A stretch of DNA of 64,000 nt from a virus (Duplodnaviria > Caudoviricetes), in the IMG/VR virus record IMGVR_UViG_3300036546_000248; one strand, given 5' to 3'. Both the position numbers and the translations under genes were made by a program. This document shows, in pieces, positions 19,236 to 29,824 of this stretch. Position 1 is the stretch's first letter. Each line of letters begins with the position of its first letter. Below the pieces are notes generated by a model. It was not told the origin of the DNA. It did no database searches and saw nothing but the letters and a program-made list of their open reading frames with translations.

Positions 19236-20090
19236 GTGGTAGAAGAAATTGAAGAATTCCTGGGTACGGTGATCACACCTGAATTGACTGCAGTGTATGT
19301 GGATGCCGTCCAGGTTATTCTGGACTCCGGGATCAGTATGCACATTGTTCAACTCGAAGGTCTGATCAGTCAAGAAGGCGAAATTGGTCGCGACCAAGTG
19401 GTCAATGAGATCGACACCTACCTTAAAAACTTGTTGGAATCGACCCTCAACCAATTTGGTGTGTTCTTAAATGAGACCTTTGGTCTTAAACAAGCCACCG
19501 CTATTATCCGCAGTATCAACACCTTGGACGACTTTGATGACGTTGAGACCATCGAAGCCATCTGCCTGTCCGAAGAATCGCCCGAGGAGCGGCTCGCAGC
19601 GCTCGTGGAGCTGACTTCTGAGTTCACCGTGGAAGATCTACTGCTTCATCTCGATAACGTCAACCCGGCGCTCCTGAAGCGTTTGCTGACCACCGTTCAT
19701 AAGGTAGACGATGGGTTTGATACCCCCACCGTTCAACGCACTGGAAAAGTGGTACGTATTAAAAGTTGTACCAGTCAGTTGAAAGACCCGTGGCTGTTGG
19801 CCTATGTGGATGCTGGGGGTAAGATCAATCTACCGGTTGCCAGCATGGCCGAAGCGTTTCGGACGTACTACGAAGAAAAACGTGTCGCCGATCCGATGTT
19901 GGATCGCAACGTCTCCGAACTGGCTTTGCAGCTCATGGCCTTTATCTTGGCTTCTGATGTGGCCGATGCCGACCTACTTCGTGTCAGTGAAGAAGTGGTT
20001 GAAGACACCTTCCTTAAGTTGCCCCTGATCATTCGAGTAATGGAACAGGTGCGCGAAATCCTCTCGGCGGTAACTCATGAACAAGCTTGA
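19236..20090 (+). CDS. Probable virion protein (phiKZ gp79-like)
   Basis: 284 aa; GGAGG RBS with GTG start; directly precedes the vRNAP subunit as in phiKZ. Confidence 0.55.
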   Translation: MVEEIEEFLGTVITPELTAVYVDAVQVILDSGISMHIVQLEGLISQEGEIGRDQVVNEIDTYLKNLLESTLNQFGVFLNETFGLKQATAIIRSINTLDDFDDVETIEAICLSEESPEERLAALVELTSEFTVEDLLLHLDNVNPALLKRLLTTVHKVDDGFDTPTVQRTGKVVRIKSCTSQLKDPWLLAYVDAGGKINLPVASMAEAFRTYYEEKRVADPMLDRNVSELALQLMAFILASDVADADLLRVSEEVVEDTFLKLPLIIRVMEQVREILSAVTHEQA

Positions 20091-21372
20091 TTACCTTTTT
20101 GCAGCGCTTAACGCAGGCGCATATCGCAAGAAATCGTGGGCTCTGTCTGTCTTCAGTGTGACGCAGGGTCCGGAAGAACGTTACCCCTATGCTCTTCTGC
20201 GTACGGAAAAGAACACCGTCTTTGTTGATCCGGAGAACCCTGAGAACCTGATCACTATTGATGATGCCCAACCCCAAGAACCCTTATTCCGGTTCACGGA
20301 TCGAGTGGACATCACTCCCGCCTTGGTACCCAATTGCAAAAAGGCAATGAACGTACCGGTTGGAAACGTCTTCTTCAACTTCTATGTCCTGGTCTACGCC
20401 TTGGGTGATCGGATCGAGTTCATGACAGGTAAGCTCACGCCTGGCGCTGTACAGAACAAGATTCGTCCTTTGATGGCCGACTATCCGGAAAATGGAGAGC
20501 GTGATCCTAAACTGATTTATCCAGACGATTACCGCAAGTTCAACAAGGCCATCTTTGGTATTTCAGGGTTCACTCAACTGTGTGTGCCTTCGGCCACCAA
20601 GCGCATGTTGACCACTCACCCAGATGCTCGTAAGTTGCGAGCAGAACTTCTCGAGAAGAACAAAGACCGTCTCTGGGACCCGGCCGTCATTGCTAAGATG
20701 GAAGCTGAACTCATTGCACTGGATAAAGAATGGATGAAATCTGATCCCGACGGGGGTGATGGGTTCTTCGTGAAGGAGAATAAATCCTACGGTGTGGTTC
20801 GTAAACGCATGCACCTGATGCACGGCGCCGAGATGGGCTTCCAAGACGGCACCAAGGCCACGCTGGTGGTCAACAGCCTGAATGAAGGTTGGGATATCGA
20901 CAAGATGCCTGACATGATCAACTCGCTCCGGGAGGGTTCTTACAACCGCGGTCGTGATACCGCCTTGGGCGGCGAGGCAGTGAAGTTCTTGGGTCGCGTG
21001 TTCCAGAACACCACCATCACTGAACAGGACTGTGGTAGTAAGTTGGGTTGGGAGAAAGAATTCACCGAACACAACTTCAAAAAGTTCGTAGGCTTTTACC
21101 GGGTTACCCCACAAGGCTCTGAAGAAATCACTGAAGACTACGCCAAATCTCAGATTGGTAAAAAAGTCACAGTGCGCTCACCAATGTTGTGCAAGACGCC
21201 TAAGACGGGTTTCTGCCAGCGTTGCATGGGCAATCCCAATGCGATCAACCCGACGGCTTTGGGTTTGCTGGCGGCTGACCTAGGGTCGCAGATGATGTAT
21301 ATCTTCATGGGAGCAATGCACGGTAAGGTCCTTTCTGTTGCATCATATGACTTTAAGAAGAGTATTACTTAA
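20077..21372 (+). CDS. Virion RNA polymerase beta-prime C-terminal subunit (phiKZ gp80-like)
   Basis: EQDCGS, VRSPMLC...CQRCMG zinc site and MHG; bridge-helix-like GRDTALGG. Confidence 0.8.
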   Translation: MNKLDYLFAALNAGAYRKKSWALSVFSVTQGPEERYPYALLRTEKNTVFVDPENPENLITIDDAQPQEPLFRFTDRVDITPALVPNCKKAMNVPVGNVFFNFYVLVYALGDRIEFMTGKLTPGAVQNKIRPLMADYPENGERDPKLIYPDDYRKFNKAIFGISGFTQLCVPSATKRMLTTHPDARKLRAELLEKNKDRLWDPAVIAKMEAELIALDKEWMKSDPDGGDGFFVKENKSYGVVRKRMHLMHGAEMGFQDGTKATLVVNSLNEGWDIDKMPDMINSLREGSYNRGRDTALGGEAVKFLGRVFQNTTITEQDCGSKLGWEKEFTEHNFKKFVGFYRVTPQGSEEITEDYAKSQIGKKVTVRSPMLCKTPKTGFCQRCMGNPNAINPTALGLLAADLGSQMMYIFMGAMHGKVLSVASYDFKKSIT

Positions 21373-21392
21373 AGCATCTCCCAGTAATAATT

Positions 21393-21449
21393 GACTTTCT
21401 ACCGTCATATATATGATTTAACACTCTGTGTATGGTGGTAGAAATGTCA
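21393..21449 (+). promoter_or_regulatory. RBS/start-sequestering hairpin with an internal TATG late-promoter-like site
   Basis: TTTCTACCGTCATA (21396-21409) pairs with TATGGTGGTAGAAA (21431-21444); TGAC/GTCA extends the stem over the ATG. Confidence 0.7.
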
Positions 21450-22259
21450 GTACGTGAAAAGATCCCTGGTGTGTATATCCAGACGCATCGCGCGTCTGGT
21501 GCCTTTTATATCGGCGCAAGTGTAGATGTATATCGAAGTGCAACTGAAGACCTTCGGCGCTTGCGTAAAGGATTCCACTCATCCAAAGAACTACAAAAGC
21601 TCTTTGATGAGAATCCATACATCGATTCTCGGATCATGGGGTGTGGGAGTATAGAAGAAGCAGACAACCTTAAGCGAGAGTTGATCGCTAAGGATTTTTC
21701 CAATCCCCTCATGCTCAATCAAAATAACCGGCTGAATGTCAGTGCGGTCTACAGACTGACACACATACCCACCGGTTACTTCTATATAGGGAGTGCCAAT
21801 AACTTTACTGAAAGAAGAATAGTACATGAGTACACTTTGAAAAAAGGTGAGCACATGTCTCAAAAGTTACAGGAACTCTACAATGAGAATCCAGACCCCA
21901 GCGTTCTTAAATGGGACATCATTCTTGCACATCCTCGTTCCCACGCACATGAGTTGGAGCAAAAGCTGATCAATGATTCTCTTAACGATCCGCTCTTGCT
22001 AAATAAATCGACGAACGTAAAGGGTAACAATGTTGCTGCTTCGTTAGAGTTGCGAGAAAAGCGTAGAGCCGTAGCCAAACAACTCTGGGCTGAAGGACGG
22101 ATGCGCGACCCTAGTGTCTCAGGAGCAAGTAAAAAGGTGTCAATAGATGGCAACATCTATGACAGCGTGGTAGCTGCTTCTAAGCAACTGAATCTCGCTA
22201 CACATCACATCTATCGTCGGGTTAAGTCTGACGATTGGCCAAGTTATCAATACCTTTAA
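21444..22259 (+). CDS. Free-standing homing endonuclease with two GIY-YIG domains and a C-terminal NUMOD-like HTH
   Basis: GVYIQ...FYIGAS and AVYRL...FYIGSA; C-terminal VSIDGNIYDSVVAASKQL. Confidence 0.85.
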   Translation: MSVREKIPGVYIQTHRASGAFYIGASVDVYRSATEDLRRLRKGFHSSKELQKLFDENPYIDSRIMGCGSIEEADNLKRELIAKDFSNPLMLNQNNRLNVSAVYRLTHIPTGYFYIGSANNFTERRIVHEYTLKKGEHMSQKLQELYNENPDPSVLKWDIILAHPRSHAHELEQKLINDSLNDPLLLNKSTNVKGNNVAASLELREKRRAVAKQLWAEGRMRDPSVSGASKKVSIDGNIYDSVVAASKQLNLATHHIYRRVKSDDWPSYQYL

Positions 22260-22272
22260 TTAGGAGCGTTAC

Positions 22273-23136
22273 ATGACCAGTATCAACAAACCGGCTGCCC
22301 AGTGGACCGACGAAGAACTGCTGGCGTGGGCTCGTGGTGAAGCCAGCCCCAGCGGTCAAGCCAGCAATCGTACCGTATCCCGCGAATGCATCGCGCGCTT
22401 TGGTTTCGAAAACACCGACGACATCGACAGCGTTAAGGCTTTCGTGATTGCCAAGTTCGTGGTCGAGGGTGACGAAACGACTGACGAAGAGCCGTCCTTG
22501 GAACCGCAGCCCAACGAAGGTGGTGAAGGTAGCGACGAAGCCGGTGACGCCACCGAAACTACAGAGACCACAACTCCTGTGGTTGAAGCTGCTCCAACTC
22601 CTGTTGCTCCGGCGACTGTAGCACCTGAAGCGCCCGCCGCCGATGAAGAAAGCGGTGAGCCCGAAATGCCAGAAGAAAACGTTCTGGTCAAACCCACCCC
22701 TGTCACTTTCAATCAGGCCAACATGTCTCGCGAAATCATCGAAAACAACCTGGCGGACTACGCCAAAACCATGGCTCCGAACGTTCCGACTTCGGCCGAA
22801 ACCGCAGCCACCAAACAACTGATGCTCTACCGCACCATTCAGATCGTGCTGCGCAGCACCGGTGGCGACTTCACGCAGAACCTGAACCTGCTGCTGGACT
22901 TCATCGCCGCGCATCGTCAGACCCTGTTCGCTGAGATTCGTGCGTTCCGCAGCATGGACATCGTGCGTCTGCCGGCCAACGAGCGCAAGAACTTCGAGCG
23001 ACTGCTCAACCTGTTTATCGGCACCGCCGTACGTGAAACCCGTGCGCTGGCGCTGAAGCAGGTTGACCTGACTCGCACCGTCGAAGGTCTGGATGCTGGT
23101 GCTCAACAGCGCGTGATCGAGTTCTACTCGATTTAA
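22273..23136 (+). CDS. Hypothetical, probably virion-associated protein
   Basis: 287 aa; AGGAG RBS; acidic Pro/Ala linker between two domains. Confidence 0.55.
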   Translation: MTSINKPAAQWTDEELLAWARGEASPSGQASNRTVSRECIARFGFENTDDIDSVKAFVIAKFVVEGDETTDEEPSLEPQPNEGGEGSDEAGDATETTETTTPVVEAAPTPVAPATVAPEAPAADEESGEPEMPEENVLVKPTPVTFNQANMSREIIENNLADYAKTMAPNVPTSAETAATKQLMLYRTIQIVLRSTGGDFTQNLNLLLDFIAAHRQTLFAEIRAFRSMDIVRLPANERKNFERLLNLFIGTAVRETRALALKQVDLTRTVEGLDAGAQQRVIEFYSI

Positions 23137-23155
23137 GCGGCAAAAAAAAAAGGTA

Positions 23156-23194
23156 CTCTAGGACTCCCTTAGGAGTCCTAGAGCCTTTATGCCG
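23156..23194. terminator. Bidirectional terminator with TTTATGCCG box
   Basis: 12-bp stem CTCTAGGACTCC/GGAGTCCTAGAG; A-tract on the left. Confidence 0.85.
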
Positions 23195-23659
23195 TCAGTG
23201 AACCGTCGCTTGTTGAGCTTCGGCGTTAAACGGATACACCACCAGAGTTTCTTTTACCAAACTGTTCCGATACTGTTGGGTCAGAACAGCCTTGGCATGG
23301 GGGTGTAGGTTCGTTCGAGCAATCAAGTCTTCGCACACCGCTTGCGAATAACCCACCGAAGCTAATGTGTTGATCATCGTACTGTACTGTCGCTGTTCGT
23401 AGTGGGGATCAACCAACTTGGACTTTTGCAATTGCTTACAATACGCCCAGCAACACAACGAGGAAAAGAGGAAGATCTCAGGATGTTCTTCCAAAAACAT
23501 CTTGGCATCCAAAGACCCCATCAATTCCACAGCCAACCCCATAGCCCCGCAGAGCCACTCCATATCACACTCTTTGATTACCGGATACAGGATTCGGGCA
23601 TCGTGGAAGGCGAGGGGGTACTTGAGTAACAGTTCTGAGACGTCAAGGACACCGGCCAT
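23195..23659 (-). CDS. Hypothetical protein
   Basis: About 154 aa from MAGVLDV; overlaps the helicase tail. Confidence 0.55.
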   Translation of the reverse strand: MAGVLDVSELLLKYPLAFHDARILYPVIKECDMEWLCGAMGLAVELMGSLDAKMFLEEHPEIFLFSSLCCWAYCKQLQKSKLVDPHYEQRQYSTMINTLASVGYSQAVCEDLIARTNLHPHAKAVLTQQYRNSLVKETLVVYPFNAEAQQATVH

Positions 23660-25392
23660 TCGAAGACGTACGGCTTGTCCTTGTTGATTGGGAACGAGGT
23701 ATTGCGTGACCCGTTGAGGGATTGGTTGTGGTTCCATAGTTCAAAATCGTGAAGCTCCTCGCTACACGGTTCTCCCATTTCGATAGAAGGTATAGAAAGC
23801 TCCCACTCGAGGTAATCGCCCCAATCGGCGATGGTGACGCCGGTGGGTACGTATTTGTGACTAAGGACGCGGCCGGTGAAGGCCTCCTTTTTGCGATGGT
23901 GGTATTCGATGTGTTTATCGATGTCCGCACACACGAGGTAGTAGAACTTCGGCACCGACCCTTCCCACTGCAACAACTCCCGCAGGCGCCCGAAGGCTTG
24001 CAGGTTAGCAGTCGACGAACCCAACGCATCGGTCATGATGACGGTGAGCAGGTCCGGGATGTCTTGTGCAGTGCCTAACGACTTCAGGGTTGAGACAATG
24101 ATTTCACCTTTGTAGGTGTCTTCAATACTCGTCCCTTGAACGTGCAGCACCACCTTGTGTTCGGGGAACATCTGTTCGAAGTGGCGATGAAGCTTAGTGC
24201 ACATCTCGACAGTGGCGGCGTACACCAAACATTTCTGACCACGTTTGAACTCTTGTAGGTAAGTCTCGGTGATGACCATCCCTACCATGTCCATGTAGGC
24301 TTTCAGGATATCCTTCTGCTTCATAATGGACTGTTCAAACAACACATGCGAATAGGACTTACGACTGTGGTTTAGCCAACGCAAGCGATGGCCCACACGC
24401 AATCGATACTCCAACCCCACCGCTTCGGCGTAAACCACACGCCCTTTGGGTTTGATGCGCCAATGGGGCGGGAACATCTCCGCCACACGGGAATTCACAA
24501 ACGGGTCGTCACCTTCCAAGGTACCCGACAGTGAGATGGTTTTCTCAACGTTGGTGTACAGGTCTTGGCGGTAGTTCAAGTGGAAGTCTTGATGCACCTC
24601 ATCGATCAGGCGAATACCAAACCCACAGACGTCATAGAACTCATGGGGTAGACAGGCGTAGCCCATCTCCAATATGCCTTCTTTGTGGATTTCGTATTCT
24701 TTCAGGTAATTGTAGAACGTCATGTTCGAACAGATAACGAACTTGGCATCCAGCGTACCGTCGACAGCCATCTGAGTGACTGCCTTAAGGGAGGCTGATC
24801 CCTTGATGACAATGATATCGCCCTTTTTGATCTTGAAGGCTTTCTCGATGTCACTGATCCATTTCTCCACGTACATCGCTTTGATGCACACAAAGGTTCT
24901 TTTCTTAATCTTGCTGATTGCAAGCAACGCGGTGAACGTTTTACCACGACCAGGGTCAATGGTGGCAACCTTGGTCACCCCTTCGTCGGTGATGTAGTCA
25001 ACCAACTCGACTTGGTAGTCACGCGGCTCCCGAAGATCAATCAGCTCCAGTTCAATGTCGTCGCCATAGTTCTTTGGCAATTCGACTACGTTGATTTTAC
25101 CCTTTCCATAACCGTGGCGTTCCAGAACCACGAAGAGTTCAGGCAACAGGTTACGGTGGAAATTAAAAACAGTTCGATCCCGTGTTACACCCACAAACAC
25201 GCGCAGCATGGTTCGTACGAATCGCCCATTTGGACTTCGGGTGAACCCAAACTGCGCGAGCCGGTCGCACATTTCGAACAGGGCCGGACGGACACGAGGT
25301 CCGAAGTTCGACACCCGTACGAAATGGCTTCCAAGCTCTAAGGTCAACTCTGTGCCTACTTTGGGTGGAACCGGGGTAGGTCTAGTAGGCAC
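23578..25392 (-). CDS. SF2 DNA helicase (UvsW-like, phiKZ gp75-like)
   Basis: PGRGKT, IDEVH, SGT and QAFGRLR motifs. Confidence 0.88.
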   Translation of the reverse strand: MPTRPTPVPPKVGTELTLELGSHFVRVSNFGPRVRPALFEMCDRLAQFGFTRSPNGRFVRTMLRVFVGVTRDRTVFNFHRNLLPELFVVLERHGYGKGKINVVELPKNYGDDIELELIDLREPRDYQVELVDYITDEGVTKVATIDPGRGKTFTALLAISKIKKRTFVCIKAMYVEKWISDIEKAFKIKKGDIIVIKGSASLKAVTQMAVDGTLDAKFVICSNMTFYNYLKEYEIHKEGILEMGYACLPHEFYDVCGFGIRLIDEVHQDFHLNYRQDLYTNVEKTISLSGTLEGDDPFVNSRVAEMFPPHWRIKPKGRVVYAEAVGLEYRLRVGHRLRWLNHSRKSYSHVLFEQSIMKQKDILKAYMDMVGMVITETYLQEFKRGQKCLVYAATVEMCTKLHRHFEQMFPEHKVVLHVQGTSIEDTYKGEIIVSTLKSLGTAQDIPDLLTVIMTDALGSSTANLQAFGRLRELLQWEGSVPKFYYLVCADIDKHIEYHHRKKEAFTGRVLSHKYVPTGVTIADWGDYLEWELSIPSIEMGEPCSEELHDFELWNHNQSLNGSRNTSFPINKDKPYVFEWPVSLTSQNCYSSTPSPSTMPESCIR

Positions 25393-25406
25393 AATGTTGC
25401 TCCTAG

Positions 25407-27383
25407 TTAACGTACGCCGGATTTGCCCACGACCAGATAGTCGAGGGGATGGTCAGGACGGTTGTCCAAGATGAAGGTTCGGATATCGCTGAGTACCGCC
25501 CCCTGCTTCTCATAGGCCATGGTGGCCGACAAGCTGCGGAACCACATGTTGTCCTCGTAATACCCCACTACACCATTCAGCCGGTCAACCGGCATACGGT
25601 GGTCATGGTTCTCGGGGTCAATTGCCATGGTGGCCAACAAGATCGCTTCCAGGTGCGCAATGTTCACACTGAGCTTGGAGTTGATCAGGTCGTCAAACGC
25701 AAACAGGGCTTCCTCGGTGGTGCTGTAGGAGCCTGAGTTCATGCGCTTGGAGGACTTATCGCGAGCCTTGTTCGCACTAGGCGAGGCCTTGATGAAGTTC
25801 TCAATCATGGTCATGTATTCCACAGTGTTCAGGTGACGCTGCGGCAGTTCAAAGATATCGTCCTCGAAGTCCCAGTCCGACAGATCGATCAGGAAATCAC
25901 CACGGGAGGTGGTGGTCCAACCGACTTCCTTGAGGAAGCTCAAGAACAGCTCACCGAAGTAAGCACGTCGAGAACCCATCGAGACAGAGACCGTCACAGT
26001 ATTGATCGCCCCGTCATTAATAATCTCCAGCTGAACTTCAACCAACTCAGCCAGACGTTCCATCGGCAACTCACGGACATGACGTACCCGATGCAGGTCA
26101 GTCAGGCGTGGAGCATACTGATGCGGGACAATCAACCGCACTTCATCGGCAATTTTCAATTCTGCCATTAGGCGCAGTTTCGATTCGTCGCTACCCTCCC
26201 GTATGTAGTATTGATCGTGTTCCGAGATCTTGAAAGATTCCACGCTAGTACTGCCATCCAGGTGTTTGGTCGACAATACGCGCTGCGACAGAATCTCACA
26301 GAGCGTGGTGGCACTGACGTGACCCAGTACCGTCTTGGCCGGAATGGCGTTGGCCAGTTCGCCGAAGCAGGTGGCACAAACACCGTATGGATCAAGGTGT
26401 TGACACTTAAGGATGCTGCGGGTTTTCAGGGTACGACCGATCAACTTGTTACGGTCGCGCTTGATGATGGGTTTGAGTTTTCCATCATCTTCCAGATAGA
26501 ACTTACCCAACAGGTTCTCGAAGTTGGAGGAGGTGATCTTCCACTCGATGTAATGTTGGCTACCGCAGTCGCCTGGATGGATGTGCTTCAGCGTCTCACA
26601 CACCAGCTGCATCCGACGGTTGAAGTACTCAGAATCAGCCACTGGGTCTTTGGCAAACCACAGGGCCTTGGACGCCGAGCGAGACTCGATCATCGATTCG
26701 TACAGCTTGGTGATCCCGTGGGTGTAACCTTTCAGCACCGGAGTGTGGAAGATGCGTGAGTTGATGTCCGTCAGATAGCCTCGTACCGAGACACACTGGA
26801 GAATCTGACCCATGCTCACCAGACCTGACTTAGCCACCTTGGCCACAGGGTTACCCACCAGTTCGTTCTCGTCGAGCAAAACCCCCCGCACGGCGGTGTA
26901 GGTGTGTTCGATAGAGTTCGGGGACGGTTTGGTGTTGTCGTTAATTTCCTTGATCTTGGGATGGGTGACGATGTCGATGAAATCAAGAATGCAGATACTG
27001 CTCACCGACTGCGGGACGTTCCAGGTGAAATCGTTGTAGATGTCCTGGAAGGTGTCGTACACCACTTGTCGGGCAGCATCCAGATCCAACAGATGGCCTT
27101 CGCCGCGTTCATCGAACCAGTCTTTGGTTTCAAACAGGGAGGTTTCAATCAGCTCGGCGGTGGTGCGCATACCGAGGCGAGCTTTACCGATGTGATAGCG
27201 TTTGTACACAGGGGCTTGCGGGTAGAGTCGGTTGAACACCATGGTGTACCAACTGTACTGCGTCAACCGGGTATCAGTTTCAAGGTCCCCATCATCGAAC
27301 TCCAGAATAAAGGGACGGTCCGGCATGGCCCACAGTTGAGCAGTAGACATAGCCAGAATCTGGCGCACGGGAATACGTTCCAC
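25407..27383 (-). CDS. Non-virion RNAP beta-prime C-terminal subunit (phiKZ gp74-like)
   Basis: HPGDCGS, TRSILKC...CATCFG and STKHLDG. Confidence 0.85.
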   Translation of the reverse strand: MERIPVRQILAMSTAQLWAMPDRPFILEFDDGDLETDTRLTQYSWYTMVFNRLYPQAPVYKRYHIGKARLGMRTTAELIETSLFETKDWFDERGEGHLLDLDAARQVVYDTFQDIYNDFTWNVPQSVSSICILDFIDIVTHPKIKEINDNTKPSPNSIEHTYTAVRGVLLDENELVGNPVAKVAKSGLVSMGQILQCVSVRGYLTDINSRIFHTPVLKGYTHGITKLYESMIESRSASKALWFAKDPVADSEYFNRRMQLVCETLKHIHPGDCGSQHYIEWKITSSNFENLLGKFYLEDDGKLKPIIKRDRNKLIGRTLKTRSILKCQHLDPYGVCATCFGELANAIPAKTVLGHVSATTLCEILSQRVLSTKHLDGSTSVESFKISEHDQYYIREGSDESKLRLMAELKIADEVRLIVPHQYAPRLTDLHRVRHVRELPMERLAELVEVQLEIINDGAINTVTVSVSMGSRRAYFGELFLSFLKEVGWTTTSRGDFLIDLSDWDFEDDIFELPQRHLNTVEYMTMIENFIKASPSANKARDKSSKRMNSGSYSTTEEALFAFDDLINSKLSVNIAHLEAILLATMAIDPENHDHRMPVDRLNGVVGYYEDNMWFRSLSATMAYEKQGAVLSDIRTFILDNRPDHPLDYLVVGKSGVR

Positions 27384-27448
27384 TAGGAACCTCCTCGAAG
27401 TTAGACGGCTGTGGGGTTACCCCCACAGCGAAGTTTATAAGAACATCC

Positions 27449-29713
27449 TCAGATGCTAGGTGGCGTCTGAGGCCTTTCAGGTTTGTACACGAAACGAATG
27501 CCCGCACACTCCAGAACGTGGGTGACGAACAGGATGTTGCGACCCTGTCCGAGCGGAAACTTGTCCCGGTCAATAACCTTGGGGATGTTGGTTGGTTGTG
27601 GTGCACGCAGGATGTTAGCCGTGATCTCCTTGTGTACCGTTGGGTTGTTAGACTGATCCACCAGATCGGCTGCTACGTAGCCACCGGCTGTACTGGCAAG
27701 TAGACGGACTTCACCTTCCCCGGTCAGTCGGATGGGTGAGGCACGACCTGGGTAGGCGTACTTATCCATCTTGGTGATCTTTGCTGGAATGCCGTGGTGC
27801 TGCAACTTGGCAGAAGCAACGCCTGACCACTCACTACCGGTTTTCTCCAGCTCGATCACGTAAACGCTACCGATCATGATCGGGGCATCCGTCACGACCC
27901 GCTTACCGTTTTGGGCAATGAAGCTCACAGGACCATAGCAAGGTGGGTACTTCGCTTGGACTTGCTGGACCGTCTCGACATAATCGATCGGGTTGTGTGT
28001 TGGCATCCACAGGTAGATACCATCACGCATCACCGACAACAGGTGCTCCTCGATGGGTTGTTTGTACTCCCCACGAGCAAACATCTGAGCCATCCACGGC
28101 GACACGATGTCGTAGTAACCAAAAAGGTATTGCCACGCCTGTGCCACAATGGCCGGGTCCAACTGAATGTCTTGTCCCGGTACGATGTTGCTTTCTCGAC
28201 TGCCGAACAGCGCGTTCTGTAGGTTGAAGGTGGGTTTGGGTTTCGGTGGGACGTCATCACCCCAAGGACTGAAGCCAAACATTTGACGAATCTTCTTAGT
28301 GACGTCGCGCGATGCAGCATTGAAGTACTGCTCGTACAAACGACCCAAGTTCATCCGTTTGATGTTGGAGTCGGCATCCATGATGTAGTCAGCTGAATTG
28401 CCTTCTGCATCCACCGGCATGTTAGCCCGTGGCCAGATCCCACAGATAACCGCCTTATCGCCATGGGTCCCGGTGATCTTGTTGCCGATCGTAGGTACCA
28501 TGTCGTATTGGTAGGTCACCTCAATCCGCCATTCGTCCAGCTCGTTACGACGGTAGGTTTTATTGACATCCATACTGCCTTGACGACTATCGCGATGACG
28601 TTCGTTCAGGTAGGTACGGGCTTCAACCAACAACCGGTTAAACTCATACCCAAGGGTTGGACGACCTTCCGGACGACGACAGACTTTCTCATACTCCTGC
28701 CAGATACGACGGTAGTAGTTAGTGGCGGCTGTGTGGTACTTGCGCAGCTGCCGATCCATACCTGCCGGGGTATTGCAATTACGCAGCAGGTGATTGTGCT
28801 GAACCATGATATCAATCACAGTAGCGCCAGGGGTTGCATAGACCAGTCGGTCGTAGATGTAGTCAGGTTCCCGCAAAGCGGTCGGCGACATCTCGATCGG
28901 AGCCAGCAGCGGATCGTATTTGCGCAGAGCAAACAGAAGACCGTCATCACGGATCTTTTCACCAATGTCCGGTACAGGCTTGTATTCATCCGGACGTTCA
29001 GGATTACCGTAGAGATTGATCATGTAGTAGTGCTGACCACAGCTCTCTACCCGCTTCTCAAACCCTTGGGCTGTGAGTTTCGGAAGAACATCATCGGCAA
29101 AGATCGCACCGTCCTCAATCACGCCTTCGACGGACATCAGACACATGTTCAACTCAAGGCCGTATTTGTAGTCTCCTTCTGGTGTGACGCTTGGAGAATC
29201 AGCCACTTTGGTACCCGCTCGGATGCGGGCTTCGGCAGTCATCTGACGGACGACGTTCTGGTCCTTCTGATATTCGAATCCGAAGTGCTGGTGGTTACAG
29301 TTATACATCGGAAGGATCATTACATCGACGTGACCGGTTTTCGCATCTTCGTAGATGTACGCCGTTTCGGGGGAGAAAGCAATGCTGTCGATACCGGCAG
29401 TTTGGTCGTAGCGATGCACTACGGCCAAAATCACCACATTGTTCTCAAAGCGCTTGGAGAACGTGTACTTAGCAAACTCTCGTTCGGTACCGGTTTGTTG
29501 ACGGCGCAGGGTGCTGCCTTTAATCACAAGGCTCGAACCCAATGCCGAGTTTGCCATCTGGACCCGCGGGGAACTGTCGCCGCGCAGGTGGGAGTTCAGG
29601 TTACTGACACCAACCAGTTCGGGGAACAGTTGGCATTCGGCTTCCATCGGGTCAACCTCATTGTAGTGAGGTACCTGAGTGTGCTTGAAGACCTCTTTGA
29701 CTTCATCCGACAC
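27449..29713 (-). CDS. Non-virion RNAP beta C-terminal subunit (phiKZ gp71-73-like), uninterrupted
   Basis: IEDGA, GNKITGTHGDKAV, RMNLGRLYE and GEGEVR. Confidence 0.9.
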   Translation of the reverse strand: MSDEVKEVFKHTQVPHYNEVDPMEAECQLFPELVGVSNLNSHLRGDSSPRVQMANSALGSSLVIKGSTLRRQQTGTEREFAKYTFSKRFENNVVILAVVHRYDQTAGIDSIAFSPETAYIYEDAKTGHVDVMILPMYNCNHQHFGFEYQKDQNVVRQMTAEARIRAGTKVADSPSVTPEGDYKYGLELNMCLMSVEGVIEDGAIFADDVLPKLTAQGFEKRVESCGQHYYMINLYGNPERPDEYKPVPDIGEKIRDDGLLFALRKYDPLLAPIEMSPTALREPDYIYDRLVYATPGATVIDIMVQHNHLLRNCNTPAGMDRQLRKYHTAATNYYRRIWQEYEKVCRRPEGRPTLGYEFNRLLVEARTYLNERHRDSRQGSMDVNKTYRRNELDEWRIEVTYQYDMVPTIGNKITGTHGDKAVICGIWPRANMPVDAEGNSADYIMDADSNIKRMNLGRLYEQYFNAASRDVTKKIRQMFGFSPWGDDVPPKPKPTFNLQNALFGSRESNIVPGQDIQLDPAIVAQAWQYLFGYYDIVSPWMAQMFARGEYKQPIEEHLLSVMRDGIYLWMPTHNPIDYVETVQQVQAKYPPCYGPVSFIAQNGKRVVTDAPIMIGSVYVIELEKTGSEWSGVASAKLQHHGIPAKITKMDKYAYPGRASPIRLTGEGEVRLLASTAGGYVAADLVDQSNNPTVHKEITANILRAPQPTNIPKVIDRDKFPLGQGRNILFVTHVLECAGIRFVYKPERPQTPPSI

Positions 29714-29781
29714 GATAGACTCCTTAGTCTTCTACGAGTTTAAGGGGCAGTGGTGATCACTCACCAAGGGTATTCACCTTA

Positions 29782-29789
29782 ATAATATA
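29782..29789 (-). promoter_or_regulatory. Early-type promoter upstream of the nvRNAP operon
   Basis: AAACAAACCTATATTAT on the minus strand. Confidence 0.55.
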
Positions 29790-29824
29790 GGTTTGTTTTT
29801 TCTTTACTGCGGACGGACACAGAC

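Noticed and set aside
21391-21417. Sigma70 promoter TTGACT…TATGAT
   Set aside because: The spacer is only 15 nt; hairpin plus phage TATG explains the sequence better
21372-22259. GIY-YIG gene as part of an intron in the vRNAP gene
   Set aside because: No P7 GACUA/UAGUC core, and the RNAP ORF appears to end naturally after MHG
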